Assembly: GCA_043788195.1 (NCBI GenBank)
Contig: JAYVUE010000024.1
Coordinates: 13,265 to 77,264, forward strand
Origin: Chitinophagaceae bacterium
GTDB lineage: Bacteria; Bacteroidota; Bacteroidia; Chitinophagales; Chitinophagaceae
Length of the DNA stretch: 64,000 bases
Reading direction: 5' to 3'
Both the position numbers and the translations under genes were made by a program. The notes beneath the pieces are model-generated. The model made no database searches and was not told the origin of the DNA. It saw only the letters and a list, made by a program, of their open reading frames with translations. Of this stretch, positions 29,898 to 40,118 are shown piece by piece (position 1 is the first letter of the stretch; each line of letters begins with the position of its first letter).

Positions 29898-32117
29898 TTA
29901 TTGTAGTAATTTTTTCAGCTGTTTCATCATTTCCTGGTTATATTCATTACTAAATGATTCTTTTACATCCCGTTTCTCTCTTGCTGTTAAATGAAAATTC
30001 AGTGCTGCGCCATTATCTTCTTTTTCAGGTACGTACATAAACACAATCCGATGCAGGTTAGCATCTATAGCGTCTTGTAAATAACTGTATTGGTCAGTTT
30101 CAGAATAGTCCTGCAATTTAAACCAGTTATGCTGCAGCATGGTGCCGGGTTTAATAATAATATCGGTGATGGCACCTGTTTCATAAGGTTGTTGCCAGTT
30201 GTCTTTTTTACGGTCGCGTAATTGTACAATTATTACACCTCCTGTATTTTGATTGATCCAATCTTTAAAATTTTCTATGAACCGAAGTGCTGTTTCCTGG
30301 CCAAAATTATCCCTTAATCCTGCGTCCATTACATCAATAACCGGATCAGTGGGCAACCAAACATTGGGTAACACATAAGGGAATGTGGCATTCATTCGTA
30401 AAGCAGTAAGTAACCGTACATTCAATGGTTTTTGTTTGGCAAATAAGGCAGCAAAGTCTACTGCATCCGGACTTGCAGTTGAATCATTTGAATAAAGCAA
30501 TGGCTTCATCATAAAACTTACGGGTTGAGAACAGAGCATCATACGCCGACCATCACTTGTAATAGTAGAATTAAATATCATCAAAGGAATAGTGGCCAAT
30601 TTTTCGTCATCATAATAATCTTTAAGTTGTTTGCCAAGTATCCCTTTGCTGTTTTCGTTTAATTTTTGTTCAAAGGCATAGCCCCTGTCTTTAACATATT
30701 TGTTTTCGCCAACTGTAAATTTTTGAGCCGGTGAAAAAATATCCCTTGCAATCATTGAAGAAAAAACCGGATTCAACAGGTCTTCAGCGATATTATCTGT
30801 ATACGCCGGGTTGTAAATATTTGCAGGATTCCCTTTTTGCTTAAGCAGGTATAACTCACGGTAATAAGTAGCTGCCAACATCCCTCCACTGGCACCACTT
30901 ATCATCATCGTATGCTGCATCAGGCCTCCATGCGTAAGACTGTCTATCTGTTGAAGAGTATTCATAACAAATGTACTGCTACGTAATCCTCCCCCACTTA
31001 CATTGATAAAGATCATTACAGGCTTATCTTCTTTTTGTTTTAATTTCCAGTTGTTAAGTATAGTGATCATATTGGCCCTGTCGGCCGTAATATTCCCGGG
31101 TAAACATAATTGCTGAAGAGAGTGCTTATTGTAAGCCGGTCTTTCGCTGATTTGGGTATAGTAAAGCCCATATGCTTTATTGCGTGGATCAATGATTTCA
31201 TTTTGGTAAAGTATATCCACAAAAAAAATAAATATGATAATAAAAGGAAGGCTCCAGCTTTCTAAAAAATAAGTGAGTGAACCAATTACTGCTGTCATTA
31301 GCGCAAAAAAAATAAATATACTTGCCGCTGCAGGTACCTGAAATAATTTTGCATCCATGAAAAAGCCAACTACTATTAAAAAAAGGAAAGCCAGTACAAT
31401 ACTGATGATGCCGGAGTAATGGTGTCCTTTAAAAACAAGGTCTAAAAAATTCTGGCTATAATGCTTTACGCTTCTTACTTTTCTAAACCTGAACCCGGTA
31501 CTCAGATAATAACTTACTTTCAATCCAAAACTTTCCTTTTGTAATTTCTCAAACTGGTAAATGCTAGTACCTGGTTGTTTCTCCGCACCGGTAAAAGGAG
31601 TGATGGATCGTCTTATTCTTTTTTCAGCACCAAAAAAATAAACAAAAGAAAAAGCCAGTAATAAAATAAACCCTCCCAGCATTCCCCCCATCACAACCAA
31701 TATTTCACCGGTACTCATTAATTCTTTGTGCTTATTAAAAATAAAAAGGCGGATAAAATAAAAAATAAGAAATACAAGGGGTAGCAAAGCATTATTGATA
31801 CAATATTCTAAAAAAGGCTGGCCTGCTGTTGCTAAAAATTTACAACGCTTACTGTGCATAATAAACGTAGTAATGTTCCAGCTCATAATAAAAATGCCCA
31901 ATGCAACCCCTACAATAGCGGCGCCAAATGCATTTACATTACCCAAATATTCAGGTACAAAAAACAATGCGTCGGCACCATAGTTTTTCATGAACCCGCT
32001 GTTAATTGTGCTGCCAATTAAATACCAAAACACCAATAACACCTGGTATTTACGAAAATGAAGAATGAAAAGCTGAATGGGAAAAGAGTAAAAAATATTT
32101 TTAACCTTTGTCAGCAT
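29898..32117 (-). CDS. Membrane-anchored patatin-like phospholipase
   Basis: Multi-TM N-terminus; SGGGLRS, GASGG nucleophile, DAG. Confidence 0.8.
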   Translation of the reverse strand: MLTKVKNIFYSFPIQLFILHFRKYQVLLVFWYLIGSTINSGFMKNYGADALFFVPEYLGNVNAFGAAIVGVALGIFIMSWNITTFIMHSKRCKFLATAGQPFLEYCINNALLPLVFLIFYFIRLFIFNKHKELMSTGEILVVMGGMLGGFILLLAFSFVYFFGAEKRIRRSITPFTGAEKQPGTSIYQFEKLQKESFGLKVSYYLSTGFRFRKVRSVKHYSQNFLDLVFKGHHYSGIISIVLAFLFLIVVGFFMDAKLFQVPAAASIFIFFALMTAVIGSLTYFLESWSLPFIIIFIFFVDILYQNEIIDPRNKAYGLYYTQISERPAYNKHSLQQLCLPGNITADRANMITILNNWKLKQKEDKPVMIFINVSGGGLRSSTFVMNTLQQIDSLTHGGLMQHTMMISGASGGMLAATYYRELYLLKQKGNPANIYNPAYTDNIAEDLLNPVFSSMIARDIFSPAQKFTVGENKYVKDRGYAFEQKLNENSKGILGKQLKDYYDDEKLATIPLMIFNSTITSDGRRMMLCSQPVSFMMKPLLYSNDSTASPDAVDFAALFAKQKPLNVRLLTALRMNATFPYVLPNVWLPTDPVIDVMDAGLRDNFGQETALRFIENFKDWINQNTGGVIIVQLRDRKKDNWQQPYETGAITDIIIKPGTMLQHNWFKLQDYSETDQYSYLQDAIDANLHRIVFMYVPEKEDNGAALNFHLTAREKRDVKESFSNEYNQEMMKQLKKLLQ

Positions 32118-32161
32118 GAACAGAGCAGTTTACTAAAAGTACTACAAAAAAAGGAAGTTTA

Positions 32162-33214
32162 TTATGACCTGTTTTTTTTAACGGTATATATCAAAGTCAC
32201 GATTGCCATTAATAATAACATTGCAACAAACTGGTGCATTACACCAAATATAACAAGGCGTGAGGGATGAGTAGCGTTTACAACTGTTATAACTCCCAAT
32301 ACAACCTGAAGTGAAACAAGTAATAGCAAAACAGAGCGTAAAAAACTGAACAATTTATTACCCCTGATCGTTCGTGATCTGTACCACCAGGCGCCTATCA
32401 ATAAAAAAAGTAAATAGGCCAGGCCCCTGTGAATAAAATGAATTGTGATATTATTGGCGATCAGATTTTTTGACCATGGCGAAAGTTCATTCATTGAAGA
32501 TGGTATCAGTTGGCCATTGATACCAGGCCAGTTGGGTGCCGAAACGGCTGCTTTTAATCCTGCCATAAAGGCCCCGTAAATCAACTGGATAATTAATACC
32601 GACAAGATCAGCAATAAAAATATCTGCAATGATCTGTTTATTACTTTCTGATCATTTTTTATTAGCAGGCTTAAAGCAAACCACAAAGTATAACTCAGCA
32701 AACCTACTGCTGCAATAAAATGTGTAGCTAATTCAATATGGCCTACAAAATATTTTTCGGGAACCAGTCCGCTTTTAACCATTAACCAGCCAATAAGACC
32801 CTGCAATGCTCCTAATAAAAATAAGATCACCATTGGCCTGATCATTTTTTTATTGAACTGTTTTTTAACAAGGAAATAAATAAACCCGGTTAAAAAAACC
32901 AACCCCATTAACCTGGCCCAAAGCCGGTGAAACCATTCCCAGAAAAAAATAAATTTAAATTCAGACAGTGAAAAATTTTGGTGTACATATTTAAACTGGT
33001 CTGTTATTTTATACTTGTCAAATTCTGTTTGCCAGGCTATATCATTCATTGGCGGCAGTGTTCCTGTAATAGGTTTCCACTCGGTAATAGAAAGCCCGGA
33101 TTCGGTTAACCGGGTGATGCCTCCCAGCAATACCTGTATAACTATCATCACCACGCCAATCAATAACCAGGTGGCTATATGTTTTGAAGAACCCGGTGTT
33201 GTTAATTTATTCAT
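32162..33214 (-). CDS. ctaA: Heme A synthase (COX15/CtaA)
   Basis: GGITRLTESGLSITEWKP, WEWFHR, GWLMVKSGL, HFIHR, HQ. Confidence 0.93.
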   Translation of the reverse strand: MNKLTTPGSSKHIATWLLIGVVMIVIQVLLGGITRLTESGLSITEWKPITGTLPPMNDIAWQTEFDKYKITDQFKYVHQNFSLSEFKFIFFWEWFHRLWARLMGLVFLTGFIYFLVKKQFNKKMIRPMVILFLLGALQGLIGWLMVKSGLVPEKYFVGHIELATHFIAAVGLLSYTLWFALSLLIKNDQKVINRSLQIFLLLILSVLIIQLIYGAFMAGLKAAVSAPNWPGINGQLIPSSMNELSPWSKNLIANNITIHFIHRGLAYLLFLLIGAWWYRSRTIRGNKLFSFLRSVLLLLVSLQVVLGVITVVNATHPSRLVIFGVMHQFVAMLLLMAIVTLIYTVKKNRS

Positions 33215-33299
33215 TGTGATCACAAATTTAACTCAGGAAATGTTGTTAACTCATTGATAGCAGTTTTTTTATCATTTTGACAGATATTTGTTAAACAAA

Positions 33300-33902
33300 A
33301 TGCTAGCCCCTTTCTTATATACAGATCTGCTTGAAGCCGGTATAGATGAGGCAGGGCGTGGTTGCTATGCAGGCCCGGTTGTTGCGGCAGCTGTACTATT
33401 GCCAAAAAATTTTCATCACCCGTTATTAAATGACAGTAAACTATTGAGTGAAAGGCAAAGGGACATTTTAAGGCCGGTAATTGAAAAAGAAAGCATTGCA
33501 TTTGCAGTTGCATTTATAAATAATATTGAAATTGACCGCATCAATATTCTACAGGCCACTTTCAATGCTATGCACCTGGCGATAAATGATCTGAAAGTAA
33601 TACCCGAAATGTTATTGATTGATGGTAATCGTTTTAAACCATACAAAAATATAAAACATCAATGCATAATTAAAGGAGATGGAAAATATTCTTCTATAGC
33701 TGCTGCCAGCATTTTAGCTAAAACATACCGTGATGAGTTTATGAAGAAACTTCATCCTGATTTTCCCTATTATGGTTGGGAAAAAAATAAAGGTTATGGC
33801 ACAGCTTTTCACCGGCTGGCTATTGAACAATATGGCTTATGTTATCATCACCGAAAAAGTTTTAATATACAACTGGCTGTAGCTGCTGTTATAAAAAATT
33901 GA
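33300..33902 (+). CDS. rnhB: Ribonuclease HII
   Basis: GIDEAGRG, DSK, IDGN, KGD, AAASILAK, NKGYGT. Confidence 0.97.
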   Translation: MLAPFLYTDLLEAGIDEAGRGCYAGPVVAAAVLLPKNFHHPLLNDSKLLSERQRDILRPVIEKESIAFAVAFINNIEIDRINILQATFNAMHLAINDLKVIPEMLLIDGNRFKPYKNIKHQCIIKGDGKYSSIAAASILAKTYRDEFMKKLHPDFPYYGWEKNKGYGTAFHRLAIEQYGLCYHHRKSFNIQLAVAAVIKN

Positions 33903-33971
33903 TGACCAGAGATAACAAGGATGGCTATTTTATTTATTTGCTAAATGAATTAAAAAATATTTACGAAAATT

Positions 33972-34583
33972 TTACTCAAAAATAATTTCACCCAATCCCT
34001 GTCTTAGTATTGTCCAATCCGAAGTAGTACAATCCACCATGGTGGAGGGTATCATACCGCCTATTCCGCCATCAACAACAAAATCAACAAGATGCCCGAA
34101 TTTTTCAAAGATCACTTCAGGGTCGGTATATTCTTCTACCATCTCGCCGGGTAAAGAGGCACTTAAAATGGGATTGCCAAGGGCATCTAAAATGTGCTGA
34201 CAAATAACATTACCCGGTACCCGAAGACCAATAGTTGATTTTTTACTTTGTAATATTTTAGGCACTTCTTTACTGGCCGGCAAAATAAAAGTATAGGGGC
34301 CGGGTAAATAACTTTTTAACATCCGGTACAAGGGTGTATCAATACTTTTTGTATAATCACTCAGGTGGCTGAGATCGCGGCAAATAAAAGATAATCGTGC
34401 TTTTTGCGAATCAATATTTTTTATTTTATAAATACCATTGATGGCTTTGTGCTGTGCAATATCACATCCTAACCCATAAATTGTATCAGTTGGATAAATG
34501 ATGATACCGCCATCTTTCAGGCATTCCGCCACCTGTTTTATCAGCCTGGGTTGAGGATTATCCGGGTGTATTTTTAATAACAT
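33972..34583 (-). CDS. Sua5/YciO/YrdC family protein (YciO-like)
   Basis: IHPDNPQ, YPTDTIYGLGC, PGPYTFIL, IGLRVP, PSTMVD. Confidence 0.9.
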   Translation of the reverse strand: MLLKIHPDNPQPRLIKQVAECLKDGGIIIYPTDTIYGLGCDIAQHKAINGIYKIKNIDSQKARLSFICRDLSHLSDYTKSIDTPLYRMLKSYLPGPYTFILPASKEVPKILQSKKSTIGLRVPGNVICQHILDALGNPILSASLPGEMVEEYTDPEVIFEKFGHLVDFVVDGGIGGMIPSTMVDCTTSDWTILRQGLGEIIFE

Positions 34584-34805
34584 AAATTAAATTGATTATT
34601 TACATTGCAATACCGGTTGTTTCATTATAATTCTTTTCTCCGGAAAATTGGCACTTATTGTTCCAGCAGAATCTGTCGTTCTCCCACAGGAAGAATCCCC
34701 TGAAATGCACGTATATCGGACTGTACAAGGTTGTTCTTCATCACAACAAAACAAACTGACCTGGTACCATAATTATCGCAACTTACAAAAATCATTTTAA
34801 TCAAT

Positions 34806-34813
34806 TACTTTTG
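34806..34813 (+). promoter_or_regulatory. Bacteroidota -7 promoter box
   Basis: TACTTTTG upstream of ATG 34855. Confidence 0.5.
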
Positions 34814-34854
34814 CATCAGTTTAATAATTCAATACATTAAATTCAACATTTTAT

Positions 34855-35778
34855 ATGTCAGTTATTACATTGGGTACCATGGCGTTTGACTCTATTGAAA
34901 CACCTTTTGGTAAAGTTGATAAGATCATTGGTGGGTCGGCTACTTATGTTGCTTATGCAGCCAGTAATTTTGTAACCCCTATTCAACAAATATCTATCGT
35001 GGGTTACGATTTTCCAAAAGAAGAAATGGATGAACTAAAAAAACGCGGAGTTGAACTTGATGGTGTTGAGATTGTAGCGGATAAAAAATCATTTTTCTGG
35101 AGTGGCAAGTATCATATCGACATGAATACCCGTGATACGTTGATTACCGACCTGAATGTGCTGGAAGATTTTAATCCTGTTGTACCGGCATCATACCAGG
35201 GTGCAGAATTTTTAATGTTGGGTAATCTGATGCCGAAATTACAGTTAAGCGTGATCAATCAGTTAACGGTTCGTCCCAAGCTGATTGTAATGGACACTAT
35301 GAACTTTTGGATGGAAGTAGCGATGGATGATCTGAAAGAAGTATTAAAAAAAGTAGATGTGCTTTTAGTAAATGATGGAGAAGCAAGACAATTAAGTGGT
35401 GAATTTTCACTTGTAAAAGCTGCTCATATAATTTTAGCAATGGGGCCAAAATTTTTAATAATAAAAAAGGGAGAACACGGGGCACTTTTATTTCATGACA
35501 ACCATGTTTTCTTTGCACCGGCCCTGCCATTAGAAGAAGTGTTTGATCCAACAGGTGCCGGCGATACTTTTGCAGGTGGTTTTATTGGACACATTGCCAA
35601 AACAAGGGATATCAGTTTTGATAATATGAAAACCGCCATCATTGTTGGAAGCGCCATGGCCAGTTTTTGTGTTGAAAAATTTGGGGCCGAAAGACTGAAA
35701 GAAATTACTAAAAAAGATATCGATGCCAGGCTAAGTGAATTTGTACAACTGGTGAATTTTGATATCGACCTGGTTTAA
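34855..35778 (+). CDS. PfkB-family carbohydrate/nucleoside kinase
   Basis: GGSATY, NDGEA, DPTGAGDTFAGG. Confidence 0.92.
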   Translation: MSVITLGTMAFDSIETPFGKVDKIIGGSATYVAYAASNFVTPIQQISIVGYDFPKEEMDELKKRGVELDGVEIVADKKSFFWSGKYHIDMNTRDTLITDLNVLEDFNPVVPASYQGAEFLMLGNLMPKLQLSVINQLTVRPKLIVMDTMNFWMEVAMDDLKEVLKKVDVLLVNDGEARQLSGEFSLVKAAHIILAMGPKFLIIKKGEHGALLFHDNHVFFAPALPLEEVFDPTGAGDTFAGGFIGHIAKTRDISFDNMKTAIIVGSAMASFCVEKFGAERLKEITKKDIDARLSEFVQLVNFDIDLV

Positions 35779-35833
35779 TAATTTGCATACAAAAACTATT
35801 ACTACAATTCATTCCCGAATTTACTAAAAACTT

Positions 35834-36130
35834 ATGTTAGAGATCATTGCCCTTATCCTCCTGACCAGGTACATTGGAAAAAAAGCTGAAATGAAAAATT
35901 TGAAGCCCGGTACATGGAAACTATATACTGTGCTTTGCTGGATCGCAGGTGAAATAACAGGCATTATAGTTGGAATGGCCTTATTTGGAAAAGACATTGT
36001 CAGTATTGTCTTGGTAGCATTGGCAGGTGCAATTGGTGGCTTCCTTATTCTTAAATCTGTGTTGGATAAAAAGCCCGATAATTTTGATGATGATATTAAT
36101 AAAATTGGAGTGGATGATCTGCAGCCTTAA
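35834..36130 (+). CDS. Small hypothetical membrane protein
   Basis: Three hydrophobic segments. Confidence 0.65.
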   Translation: MLEIIALILLTRYIGKKAEMKNLKPGTWKLYTVLCWIAGEITGIIVGMALFGKDIVSIVLVALAGAIGGFLILKSVLDKKPDNFDDDINKIGVDDLQP

Positions 36131-36160
36131 TTATTAAACGGGTATCTTTGGGTAGCGCTT

Positions 36161-36493
36161 TTAAAGCCCTTTAGCACCTACAATAATTGCAACTATTACT
36201 CCAAACATGATTACCAACCCTGTCAGGAATATTAATTTATTTAAGTTTATAAATCTTCGTTGTTGAAATCTTGCATACATTGAACCCAAAAACGACATTA
36301 TACAATTGGCCATAAAAAATACTGTTGCAATTGCTGTTAGCTCATCTATTTTAGTTGTATCTGCAAGTTTTGTCGCCTGCAAATAAGATATGATCACAAA
36401 ACAAAAGCCCAACATTGTTGATGAGTTGGAAAAAAGGCTATTCTCTACATCTGCTGAGATGCTTTTATTTTCATAGTTTTTTTTCTGTTCCAT
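36161..36493 (-). CDS. Small hypothetical membrane protein (3 TM)
   Basis: SSTMLGFCFVII...IDELTAIA; three hydrophobic segments. Confidence 0.6.
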   Translation of the reverse strand: MEQKKNYENKSISADVENSLFSNSSTMLGFCFVIISYLQATKLADTTKIDELTAIATVFFMANCIMSFLGSMYARFQQRRFINLNKLIFLTGLVIMFGVIVAIIVGAKGL

Positions 36494-36575
36494 ATGATAA
36501 ACTAATATATAAATACAATTTTTTCTTAGCCATTTCTATTAATGAAACACTTTCCAAAATGAAATTTGATATTGA

Positions 36576-38192
36576 TCAGTCGTTTTGAGGAGCGTCACCC
36601 CATGTTCCATAACCAATGGGTTTTGCGCCTGATGGATTTGAACCAAAAGCATTCCACATTAAACCTTCAGTATAAGATGCTGCTGAAATAACAAATGTAA
36701 TATCCCTTTCTCTTACACCATATTTATTTCTCCACTCATCTGGCAATTGGTACCAGTTTCCCGAGTACCAAAGTTTTAAAATATTTCTTGTTACCGGCCC
36801 TGATTGAGGATCATTCAACAACTGTATTTTAATTTGTTCTTCTGTTTTTTGCAAGTCATCTTTATATTCCGATTGAATTTTTTTATACGTTTCTAAAATT
36901 TCAATAATAATTTCTTTTCCAACAATATCAATTATTTCTGATAAATAAACTTTTGCCAGGCCCGTTCCTTGTAATTGGTAAACAGAAAAGCCTGTTAATG
37001 GAACTGATAAGGCAAGAAAAGAATCTAGTTCACTTAATTTAAGATCAGCATTTAAATTTTTATTAACGGTTGTATCGTTTTGCAAATTTATTTGGGATGC
37101 AATGTTTACTTCAAATGTAGGCGCACCATTAAACTCTTCATTTCCAGGTATCGGGTTTCTAACCAAAGTATTAATCAGCGCTTTGATATGAAACATTTGG
37201 CTAACTGCAGGCATTAAAAGTTTGGGCTCGCCATTAAAAGCTTTCGTAAGGTTTTGTAAAAATTTACTGTAAAAATCATTGAACTGTTTTGATGCTGTTC
37301 CTATTTCGGAATCCGCTGGGTAATCATTTTGAACAATATTCTTTTTTATGGGATAAACAGCCGACCAATCAACCACTAAAGGTCCGCCACTTGGTTTACC
37401 TGGCTGATCACCAGGTTTATAATACTGTCCAAGTTTTAATTGTTCAAAACGATAATAATGTGCAATTTCTTTATCCGTATCTTCTATTGAATTTCTACTT
37501 CCTTCGCCCTGTTCTATAATTTGATCTATGGCTTCAATGGCCGACTCCATGTCATAAACAGGAATGATTGCTCCTCCGCTGGAATAATAATATTCTGAAG
37601 TGATCTGCCGGGCAATATCTCCGCTGAAAAGTTCATTCGGATATTTATTGTGTAAAAATTTAAATCCTTCAATTATTGCATCATAAAATTCTCCAATGGT
37701 ATAATAGTTCAGTTCGGGTGCTTCTTCATTTTTTGTTGCTTCATCCGTTTTAGCAAATCCTTTTGTATTGATAAGTGATTTTTTTCTACCTGGTCCCCCG
37801 GAAACGGGCTCTTTTCCTTTGTTTACTTTTGAAGGACGTTCTATCTTTAAAAAGGTTTCAAGTGTTTCTTTTGAAAATCCTGCTCTGCTAACCTCAAAAT
37901 CTGTTTCACCATCGGGCAAATGCGTTGGGTATTGTGCAACGAATCCTGGGTAATTTAAATCGGGTTGTCCGCCAATAGCATTCAATAAATTAACAGCAAG
38001 TGTTAAATGAAGCATTTCTTCAACTACTACAGTACGAATAATATTTGTAGCATCAAGGTTGGCAGTTGGTTTAATTGAATAAAGAGCAATTAAATAAGGT
38101 GGAATTGTTGCATGTTCTAATTGCATTGCAACTTTCAGGTAATATTGTAATTCCTTAATTGTTTGTATCGTATTTGAAGTATTATTTGCCAT
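36576..38192 (-). CDS. Ferritin-like (VioB-type) domain fused to a FAD-sorbitol-dehydrogenase small-subunit-like domain
   Basis: N-terminal AMQLEHATIPPYL...VVEEMLHL...EQGEG...AHYYRF; C-terminal FLALSVPLTGF...ILKLWYSGNW...YTEGLMW...GYGTW. Confidence 0.82.
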   Translation of the reverse strand: MANNTSNTIQTIKELQYYLKVAMQLEHATIPPYLIALYSIKPTANLDATNIIRTVVVEEMLHLTLAVNLLNAIGGQPDLNYPGFVAQYPTHLPDGETDFEVSRAGFSKETLETFLKIERPSKVNKGKEPVSGGPGRKKSLINTKGFAKTDEATKNEEAPELNYYTIGEFYDAIIEGFKFLHNKYPNELFSGDIARQITSEYYYSSGGAIIPVYDMESAIEAIDQIIEQGEGSRNSIEDTDKEIAHYYRFEQLKLGQYYKPGDQPGKPSGGPLVVDWSAVYPIKKNIVQNDYPADSEIGTASKQFNDFYSKFLQNLTKAFNGEPKLLMPAVSQMFHIKALINTLVRNPIPGNEEFNGAPTFEVNIASQINLQNDTTVNKNLNADLKLSELDSFLALSVPLTGFSVYQLQGTGLAKVYLSEIIDIVGKEIIIEILETYKKIQSEYKDDLQKTEEQIKIQLLNDPQSGPVTRNILKLWYSGNWYQLPDEWRNKYGVRERDITFVISAASYTEGLMWNAFGSNPSGAKPIGYGTWGDAPQND

Positions 38193-38226
38193 AATATTTA
38201 TATTTTAAACTCAACTTATTATTTTA

Positions 38227-40062
38227 TCATGCTTTTTTAAGATCATTAATTATACTTTCGGCTGAAAGAAAAGCTACAGCAGCTAATGTTAATGTAGGAT
38301 TGGATGTAGATATACTGACCGAACTTCCACATCCTACCAGGTAAAGGTTGTCGTGATCCCAACTTTTTTGGCGGTAATCAACAACGGAATTATTCTTATT
38401 TGTTCCCATGATATGTGTTCCGGCAAAATGATTTCCACCAAAACAAGAATATCCCTGGCCCTTGTAAGTTAAATAGCCAAAATCGGTTTCATTAAATTTT
38501 GTAAAATCCTGAGCACCTAATCGCTGAAACATTTCTTTTGAAAGTTCTCTGGCAAATGCCACGCTAGCCCGGGTATAATCTGAAATGCCATAAGTCAATA
38601 CCGGCTTATAGTTACCTATTGCATCTTTGTAATTGGGGTCTATTGTAACCTGGTTACTTTCTTCTGGCAACTGTTCAATCATATAAGTAAAAAGAAGTTG
38701 ATTGGAAACCCTGTTGATCATTCCTTTTTTTAATTCTTTTCCAAACATGTTTTTCATATCTACAAATTCTGTCAGGTCCGTATATGGGGAACCGGTAGCC
38801 CAACCCCATCCTAAATTCTGAATTTCTGCCCTGAAGGCAGCTCTATGTTTTCTGAAATTTCCGTTACGTAACTCATCAAAACCAGAAGTAGCCTGCGGAC
38901 CTCTCATTGTTCCGGCAGGTTCAGGTAATAATCCCCAGTTAAGAAAATAAGTATGATCCATTAAATTTTTTCCCATCAACTTACTTGTACCCGGAAGCTC
39001 TGATGCCAACATCAGTTTTGGATTTTCTACAGCATTAGTGGCAAGTACAAATATTCGTCCTTTTACTTTTCCTTCAGTGTATTGCGGAGAATTAGCCTCT
39101 TTATAATTTTTAAAATGAATGCAGGAAACTCTTCCGGTAGCTGTGTCAACTTCAACACGGGAGGCAACTGTTTGGCCAATAAAATCAATTTGCCTCGTTT
39201 TATCTATAGAAAATAAAGTTCTTCTTGCATCGTATTTTGCCTGCACCGGACATATAGGTGTGCAATTGGCATTGCCCTGGCAACGCTGACCATAATCCAC
39301 CTGGTGAGAGCTTGTTGCTCTTGTGGGAATATAACCTTTTCCTCCATCATAATTTTTATTGGGAACACCATTGCGGGCCTGTGGAGTTGTTCGCATTTTT
39401 AAAGTAAAAGATTCTCCATCTGATTCTACCTTCATACCATTAACGCCTTTTGCAACGATCTTATCAAGATAAGAAGGAGGAATTTCGTTCATTGGAAATA
39501 CATAACCGGGCTCAAACTTTAATCCATGAAAATTTTGTGATTCAACATCTCCTGAAACACCTAATTCAAATTCAGCCTTTCTATAGTAGGGCTCTAATTG
39601 ATCATAGGTAATTGGCCAGTCTTTTCCCTGTCCATATAATGTTTGTGATTTGAAATCATCTGGTAACATTCGAAAAGCACATGCCTGCCAATGCATAGTT
39701 GACCCTCCTGTAGATCTTAAATAAGTACTGTCTGTTGAGATTGGGCCATTATGAACAAAATAGCCATTAACGTTTGGAGGACCAGGTTTATATTTTGTTA
39801 CTTCATTGGCTTGCGGACTGTCTGCATTGGGATTGTGCGTGTATGGAGAGTTATTGTTTTTAATAACTTGCTTATAAAAAGTAACCAGGGAATCATGATA
39901 ACCTTCTATACTCAGATCGCCACTTTTTCCTGCTTCCATAACAAGTACTTTACGGCCGGCATTAGCTAACTCTTTTGCAACAATGGCACCTGCAACTCCG
40001 GCGCCAACTATTACAACATCGTAAACTGTATGTTCTAATGTTGAGATATCAATTTCTTTCAT
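38227..40062 (-). CDS. GMC-family FAD oxidoreductase with Cys-rich Fe-S motif
   Basis: GAGVAG Rossmann motif, GGSTMHW, CQGNANCTPICP, NLMDH, HFAGTHIMG, NPTLT. Confidence 0.92.
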   Translation of the reverse strand: MKEIDISTLEHTVYDVVIVGAGVAGAIVAKELANAGRKVLVMEAGKSGDLSIEGYHDSLVTFYKQVIKNNNSPYTHNPNADSPQANEVTKYKPGPPNVNGYFVHNGPISTDSTYLRSTGGSTMHWQACAFRMLPDDFKSQTLYGQGKDWPITYDQLEPYYRKAEFELGVSGDVESQNFHGLKFEPGYVFPMNEIPPSYLDKIVAKGVNGMKVESDGESFTLKMRTTPQARNGVPNKNYDGGKGYIPTRATSSHQVDYGQRCQGNANCTPICPVQAKYDARRTLFSIDKTRQIDFIGQTVASRVEVDTATGRVSCIHFKNYKEANSPQYTEGKVKGRIFVLATNAVENPKLMLASELPGTSKLMGKNLMDHTYFLNWGLLPEPAGTMRGPQATSGFDELRNGNFRKHRAAFRAEIQNLGWGWATGSPYTDLTEFVDMKNMFGKELKKGMINRVSNQLLFTYMIEQLPEESNQVTIDPNYKDAIGNYKPVLTYGISDYTRASVAFARELSKEMFQRLGAQDFTKFNETDFGYLTYKGQGYSCFGGNHFAGTHIMGTNKNNSVVDYRQKSWDHDNLYLVGCGSSVSISTSNPTLTLAAVAFLSAESIINDLKKA

Positions 40063-40118
40063 GGTTTTTATTTTTTGAGTTATTTATACTTATAAATAAT
40101 TTATTAAGCGCAGTAAAA

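Noticed and set aside
34600-34790. Possible small ORF or ncRNA between the YciO-like gene and pfkB
   Set aside because: Short open frames have no convincing start, and I recognise no RNA family
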